64,000 bases of DNA from Desulfosoma sp. (GTDB lineage: Bacteria; Desulfobacterota; Syntrophobacteria; Syntrophobacterales; DSM-9756): NCBI GenBank assembly GCA_037481835.1, contig JBBFKW010000008.1, forward strand, positions 114,512 through 178,511, read 5' to 3'. How positions within the stretch are numbered: the first letter of the stretch is position 1; every line of letters begins with the position of its first letter. Below, one piece after another: positions 59,601 through 64,000 of this stretch. The notes under the pieces are model-generated. The model saw nothing but the letters and a program-made list of their open reading frames with translations. It was not told where the DNA came from and did not search any database. Position numbers and translations under genes: made by a program.

Positions 59601-59807
59601 TTTTTCCACAACTTCCGTGATGCGCCGGTTCACATCCACCGCCGCCGCTCCCGGTTCCACGATGATCACCGCGGCTTGGGGCGGGTTCGTGTCGGGGAAG
59701 TATTCCACCGGCATGGTGAAAAAGGCCTTCAGGCCCATGACGGCCACAACCAAGGCCCCCACCAGGACGGCCCACGGGTTTCGAAGCGCCCAGCCGTGGG
59801 GATTCAT
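56652..59807 (-). CDS. RND efflux permease (AcrB/CusA superfamily)
   Basis: GMVVDATVVVVENI, GVVINNSIFLID and RLRPVLMT; 1051 aa. Confidence 0.95.
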   Translation of the reverse strand: MNPHGWALRNPWAVLVGALVVAVMGLKAFFTMPVEYFPDTNPPQAAVIIVEPGAAAVDVNRRITEVVEKELSSVSGLTKLASTSRDEVASINVQFGYQKPIGEAVTDIQNALSRIRADLPDDILEPRIYRITDATRPVMTLAVRPKPESGLSLAQVRLLVDNDIKDELLRLPGVADVDTFGGHNLQVNIWLDRDRLEAYGLTPRDVMTAVQENNITVPAGFMQDPDSERLVKTVGEFRDVLDVENVVVKQTRDAYVRLKDVARVELGMEDLRSLYHGNGAPAVGVNVLRAEGGNVMGVIRAVKEALPAFAKKWPQVTFEVTNDQEPLIERNTAGMRSSLYMSIVLTVIIIFLFLADWRTSAVSLVSIPLSFLFALALLGLTGHTLNVVTLSGLIIATGMVVDATVVVVENIHRHQAVCPGEPVRCVEGAVGEILLSINAGLLTTVVMLVPIMFAGGYVQQVMRRFTLTLCYALVGSLLTAIFVVPPVALRLIGNPTGADGSSRSFLNRLALPFNRGVEKLGGFYVGAVRWALRRRWAAVGLAAAAFAVTLKVVPPLIGRDLMPPMDAGFVNILFELPPSASVDRVERVLTAVERILKEEPSVRMISSTVGSEPGQVSFGAGAQTAQKVSITVTLTTRDQRDRTIWEIQDAWRRKIQDIPGIRSLQIYEYGATVMSTSRAPVDLVIMGGHSAKALWDTAGAIMEKMEGIAGLSDVVPGWWLDKEEVRVVVDPRTARIYGTTPGDVARSLRVAVGGVPVSGLRLQGFLDVPIRVAYDDAWVDSPKKLESLPVPTAQGAVPLRTLARVTSETTQTLITREDLENTIDITAYNQGRPMSHVLAKIADVLAKTPLPGGIRIKSAGTAADMQESMQRMMRALMLGLALLVVLLIGTFQSFLLPFPILVAIPLAVIGSLWGLLLFAKPMCMPAMMGMVLLAGVVINNSIFLIDFIRQGLAQGMARELAMEEAVRLRLRPVLMTTVSTFVGMLPMILETAVGLERMSPLATAAGFGLLVGTVMTLVITPVTYSLLDDAGRLVKKFWAGPQPPQPPRGHP

Positions 59808-61012
59808 GAACGCCCCTCCACCTTGACCAGCATTCCTTCATGCCGGCGCACCCATTGCAAGTATTCGCCCACCGCCGTGGGTTCGCCAGGCCGCAGATCC
59901 CCTCGCACCAAGGCTCTCTCGTCGGTGGCCAGGACCACCTCCACGGGGACCTTGGCCAAACGCCCGTCGCGGACCGCATAGACGAACCCGGTCCCGTCCT
60001 GCGCCGGCACCAGCGCCCGCCGCGAAACACTCACCCCCTCCCCTTCCCGAACCACCACGTTTACGGCCACGAAGGACCCGGGCCTCATGGGGTTTTCGCA
60101 CGTCCACGGGAATTCCGCTTCCACGCGCACCGACTTGGCCGTTTCCAGGGCCGGAAAGATCCGCGTGAGGGAAATCTCCTCGGGCAGGCCCGCGAACCCT
60201 TCGGGCCAACGGACTCTCAGGGTCTGGCCGGGCCGGAGCATGAGGACGTCTTCCTGGACGGCGTCGAAGGCGAGCTTGGCTTCGGAACAGTCCATGATTT
60301 CCAGGAGGGGCACGCCGGGTTTGGCCAAATCCCCCGGATCCACCAACCGGCGGCTCACCACGCCGTGGAAGGGCGCTTCCACCCGCGTGTAGGAAAGGCG
60401 GGTTTCGGCTTCCTTGAGCTGGGCCTTTGCCGCATCCACTTCACGTTGGGCGCTGCGCACTTCCGCCGCAAAGGATTCCCAGCGGCCCACCGCCGACGTC
60501 AGCCGGTTTCGGGACGTATCGAGCGCCGAGGCGCTGATGCCTTTTTTTTCGAAAAGAGCGCGGTCCCTCTCGAATTCCTGGCGGTAATAGTCCACATCCT
60601 TCCGGGCGGCGGCTTCGGATGCCATGACGGCCTTGAGCTTGGCCTGGAGGGCTTCCACTTTGGCTTTGAGGGTTTCCAGCTCCGCCCGCAGGTCTCGATC
60701 GTCCAGGACCACCAAGAGATCGCCCTGGGAGACGGAATCGCCTTCGTTGACCAATACGGCGGTGATCTCCGCGGTGAGCCTGGGGGACACGGCGGCCTGG
60801 GCCGCCGGCTCCAGCCGCGCCAGGTACCGCAGGGTGTCGGCGAGCTTTTCATGGCGCACCGCATCGGTTTCTACGGGTACGGGCCGCTCTTTCCACACGG
60901 GGGCTGAGGCGAGCCGCTTTCGGGCACGCTGCACCCCCACCCCCAGAGCGACAACCAGGACCACGCACACCAGCACGATGCCCAACCTGCGCCCCGACAT
61001 GCTCTTTTCCAT
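59804..61012 (-). CDS. RND periplasmic adaptor (MFP)
   Basis: N-terminal anchor, lipoyl halves (VNEGDSVSQGD, VEAPFHGVV) and a coiled coil. Confidence 0.93.
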   Translation of the reverse strand: MEKSMSGRRLGIVLVCVVLVVALGVGVQRARKRLASAPVWKERPVPVETDAVRHEKLADTLRYLARLEPAAQAAVSPRLTAEITAVLVNEGDSVSQGDLLVVLDDRDLRAELETLKAKVEALQAKLKAVMASEAAARKDVDYYRQEFERDRALFEKKGISASALDTSRNRLTSAVGRWESFAAEVRSAQREVDAAKAQLKEAETRLSYTRVEAPFHGVVSRRLVDPGDLAKPGVPLLEIMDCSEAKLAFDAVQEDVLMLRPGQTLRVRWPEGFAGLPEEISLTRIFPALETAKSVRVEAEFPWTCENPMRPGSFVAVNVVVREGEGVSVSRRALVPAQDGTGFVYAVRDGRLAKVPVEVVLATDERALVRGDLRPGEPTAVGEYLQWVRRHEGMLVKVEGRS

Positions 61013-61108
61013 ACGATCCGCCTTTCCGATCTCCCCGCCCCGTCCATGCGGTCCCGGCCCCGACCTGACCGGAGGCGAAACCGCCCCCCAAGAACCGCGG
61101 CCCGGCCC

Positions 61109-62503
61109 CTACCGGAGGCCTTCGGCCGGGTCGCGGCCCAGGGCTCGATCGCGTTCCATCAGAGCAATCCGCGCATCCACCACGGCCTGGGAATATTCCA
61201 CTTCGGCCTGGAGCAACGCCGCCTGGGCGTCCAGGACGTCGTTGATGCTGTTTTTGCCGGCCGCGTATTTTTCCCGCTCGATCCGAAGGGTTTCTTCCGC
61301 CACCGCAACGGCCGATCGCGTCACGTCCGTTCTTTCCAGGGCATCATTCAAGGCCGTGAGGGCCCGCTCCACATCCTTTCGGATTTCCAGTTCCACCGCG
61401 CGCAGCTGTTCCCGCGCCCGATCCCGGAGGCGCTCCGCCTGGCGCACCCCCGCCCGAACGGCGCCTCCCCGAAACAACGGCACATCCACCTGGAGCCCGG
61501 CGGCCCACGTGTCTTCATGGGACAGCCCCCCGGACCTATCCTCCGCGTCATAGGGAATCCCCTGGCGCAGCCCGTACCGGCCGAAGGCGGACACCTGGGG
61601 GAAATGGTCGGCTTGAGCGGCCCGCACCGCCTGAGCCGCCGCGTCCGCCGCAGCCTGTGCCGCTTTTTTCTCCGGGCGCTTGTCCATGGCCTCGCGAAGG
61701 GCGTCCTCCTGCGTCAATGGCGTCACCCGGGGCTTTTCCAACGTTCCAGACACATCGAAGGACGGCCGTTCCACGACGTCCAAGCCCATGAGGCGTCCGA
61801 GGAAGACCAGGAGCACCTGGCGGTCGGCCCGGAGTGAAGAGAGTTTTTGGGTAAGGCTGGAAACCCGCACCTGGATCTTCATGAGATCCACGGGCGCCGC
61901 CCGGCCCACGTCCAGCTGGTCCCGGACCAGTTTTTCCTGGGCGCTCAAAGCTTCCAGGGAACCTTCCGTGGCGCGGATGACCTGATCCAATTGGAGGATT
62001 TTGTAGAAAACCGATGCCGTGTTCAGGGTGACGTCGTGGGTCGTCGCCGTGAGATCCCACAGGGCGCGGTCGGCCCCCAGCTCCGCCGCCCGCACGGCGG
62101 CCGCGCGGCGACCCCCTTCGAAGAGCACGAGACGCCCGATGAGGGCCGTATCCACAAGGTCCCGGTCGAAGACGCCGGGTTGGTTGTTGGCGTGCGCGGG
62201 GACGACGCGCTGGGGTTCCCCGAAACGGGAATAGACTCCCTGCGCGTCCAAGGAAGGCCAATACGCCGCCCGCGCCTTCGTCTTCTCCTCCAGGGCCGCC
62301 TCATGGCCGAAGCGCTGCCCGCGAATTTCGGGATTTTTTTCCAGAGCCGTGCGGATGCAGTCTTCAACAGTGAAAAGGTCGGCGGCCCACCCTGCGGTCC
62401 CGCAGCCGAGCGCAACGCTCACCAGCAGCGCCCACACCCACACACTTCCGCCAACCACCGAGCACCCCGAAGCCTTCCCAGGCAGCGCCCCCATGCTGCG
62501 CAT
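61109..62503 (-). CDS. TolC family outer-membrane protein (start uncertain)
   Basis: ALEKNP, YWPSL, HFPQVS, VPLFRGG and DVLDAQ. Confidence 0.92.
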   Translation of the reverse strand: MRSMGALPGKASGCSVVGGSVWVWALLVSVALGCGTAGWAADLFTVEDCIRTALEKNPEIRGQRFGHEAALEEKTKARAAYWPSLDAQGVYSRFGEPQRVVPAHANNQPGVFDRDLVDTALIGRLVLFEGGRRAAAVRAAELGADRALWDLTATTHDVTLNTASVFYKILQLDQVIRATEGSLEALSAQEKLVRDQLDVGRAAPVDLMKIQVRVSSLTQKLSSLRADRQVLLVFLGRLMGLDVVERPSFDVSGTLEKPRVTPLTQEDALREAMDKRPEKKAAQAAADAAAQAVRAAQADHFPQVSAFGRYGLRQGIPYDAEDRSGGLSHEDTWAAGLQVDVPLFRGGAVRAGVRQAERLRDRAREQLRAVELEIRKDVERALTALNDALERTDVTRSAVAVAEETLRIEREKYAAGKNSINDVLDAQAALLQAEVEYSQAVVDARIALMERDRALGRDPAEGLR

Positions 62504-62598
62504 CTCCTTTGTCCGCCCACATCCCACGACCTTGTCCAACAACGGTTAAGCAATGGCGAATTGGTCCCGTTTGTAGGGAAGTCGCGCTCGGTAAGGGC

Positions 62599-62690
62599 GT
62601 TGGGGTTCGCTTCGCTCACCCCAACCTACGCCTCGGCGTCCCCATTCTCCAACAACCTCGTAGGTTGGGGTGAGCGAAGCGAACCCCAAC
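62599..62690. repeat. Inverted REP doublet (family A)
   Basis: 62599-62629 (-), 30-nt spacer, 62660-62690 (+). Confidence 0.9.
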
Positions 62691-62731
62691 ACACACCCCA
62701 ACATAATCCCCAACAAAAGTCTCACACGCCC

Positions 62732-63436
62732 CTAGGCCGGCATGAAAGGCCGGAGGATGAAATAGACGCCAAGAAGGCCTATGGCCACTCCCGCCGCTTT
62801 ACGAAACCATAGGCTTCCCCTCTGGAACGTGCCGTTCGCCATGATCCTCCTCACCAGGGCCGTGAAACTTCCCGCTATGGCGATGGGCACGCAATGGCCG
62901 ATCCCGAAAAGAACGATGGAGGCCACCCCGGTGAGCAGCTTTTCCTCCACGGTGATGACCGCCAGAATGGGAGCGATGAAACCGAAGGTGCACGACCCCG
63001 AAAGAATCCCGTAGGCGAGCCCCAGGACGAAAGCCCCTCGAAGACCCCGAACACGGAGTTTAGCCAGATGAGTCCCAGAAAGGGAACAGGCGGAGACGCC
63101 CATCATGTCCAAAGCCAGCCACAGGAGAATGACCCCCACCACGATGGTCCAATAGGGGCTCACATCCCCCAACATGCGCCCCAGGAGGGAACAGATGATT
63201 CCGATGGCGGCAATGGTCAGGAACAAGCCCAGGGTGAAGACGACGGCGTACCGGGCCGCTTCTCGAGGTGCCAAGAGGCGCTGCTGGCCCGCCACGTAGC
63301 TCACCACCAGCGGGATGGAGGCCATATGGCAGGGGCTCAAGAGCACCGAAATCATCCCCCAGAGAAAACAGCCCGCCAAGGCCAGGCCTCCCTGGGTGGT
63401 CATCCACGCGTTGACCAGGAGAAAAACATCCTGCAC
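62732..63436 (-). CDS. CcdA/DsbD-type thiol-disulfide transporter
   Basis: 6 TM; LSPCHMASIP and SGSCTFGFIAP. Confidence 0.88.
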   Translation of the reverse strand: MQDVFLLVNAWMTTQGGLALAGCFLWGMISVLLSPCHMASIPLVVSYVAGQQRLLAPREAARYAVVFTLGLFLTIAAIGIICSLLGRMLGDVSPYWTIVVGVILLWLALDMMGVSACSLSGTHLAKLRVRGLRGAFVLGLAYGILSGSCTFGFIAPILAVITVEEKLLTGVASIVLFGIGHCVPIAIAGSFTALVRRIMANGTFQRGSLWFRKAAGVAIGLLGVYFILRPFMPA

Positions 63437-63460
63437 GACGCCACTCCTTCCCGGTTGGGT

Positions 63461-63859
63461 TTACTGCACCCCTAACTTGGTGAACACGTGCACGATGCTC
63501 TTCTTGTCCAAAAACCCTTCGTGCCGAAAGACCTCCCGGCCATCCTTGTCGTAGAAGATCTGGGTCGGAATGACGCGGATGCCGAACTTGGGGGCCGCCT
63601 GCCGATCCTTCCACACATCAATGAACACCACCGCCGCCTTCCCTTCGTATTCCTTTTGCACCTCTTTTAAAACGGGTTCCATCATCTTACAGGGGATGCA
63701 CTCATGGGCCCCCAGATCCACCATGGTGACCATGCCTTTGACGGGAACCTCCGGGACGGATTCCCCCGCCCCGGCTGAACCGAGCGTTACGCCCCCCAAG
63801 AGCCCCGCCACCGCCATGAACCCGAAAAGTCCCGCAAGAAACCCAACGCGCTTTCTCAT
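63461..63859 (-). CDS. Exported thioredoxin family protein
   Basis: Signal peptide; DLGAHECIPCKMM and IPTQIF. Confidence 0.92.
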   Translation of the reverse strand: MRKRVGFLAGLFGFMAVAGLLGGVTLGSAGAGESVPEVPVKGMVTMVDLGAHECIPCKMMEPVLKEVQKEYEGKAAVVFIDVWKDRQAAPKFGIRVIPTQIFYDKDGREVFRHEGFLDKKSIVHVFTKLGVQ

Positions 63860-63946
63860 CCTCGTGACCTCACCGTCTCTTTTTCCGAAGAAACCGACTC
63901 TTCCCCGCCCCCCAACGTCCTATGCCGCTTCATGACCTGCCGGGTC

Positions 63947-64000
63947 TGTCAATTGTCGCCCGTAAAGGGGCCACCAATTGTCGGCCAAAGTGGTCCACTT
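63947..64000. mobile_element. Probable IS21-family terminal repeat (element continues beyond the window)
   Basis: Begins TGTCAA; tandem motifs CAATTGTCGCCCGTAAAGGGGCCAC and CAATTGTCGGCCAAAGTGGTCCAC. Confidence 0.55.

Overview
GC-rich chromosomal window, by gene content most like a sulfate-reducing Desulfobacterota/deltaproteobacterium (inference). Housekeeping genes include uvrC, recN, a PlsB-like acyltransferase, cobB, cutA, trxC, tRNA-Pro(CGG) and tRNA-Arg(CCT). Sulfur and metal modules include a rhodanese with a split YeeE/YedE pair, a recombinase-derived TunR-type TOBE regulator with a dif-like 11-6-11 palindrome before a TauE/TSUP gene, LysR-psrA-torD-psrB without a membrane anchor, and a thioredoxin-ccdA-tolC-MFP-RND operon. 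Highlights missed by the ORF track: (1) a candidate new 69-aa selenoprotein (in-frame UGA plus SECIS-like hairpin) with a tandem 50-aa paralog behind the RND operon; (2) a fluoride riboswitch with terminator/antiterminator in front of a dynamin-like GTPase and CPA1 antiporter; (3) a RAYT transposase with about 15 cognate REPs, including what look like empty and filled REP-doublet sites in a 384-bp tandem repeat; (4) a 99-bp MITE with a CTAG target duplication that rewrote a peptidase C-terminus; (5) a Ser1 proteasome-like Ntn protein ahead of nfeD-SPFH; (6) a pseudogene cluster, an intergenic region holding several REP families, and an IS21-like end at the right edge. No CRISPR array. All calls come from reading the sequence; no searches were run.
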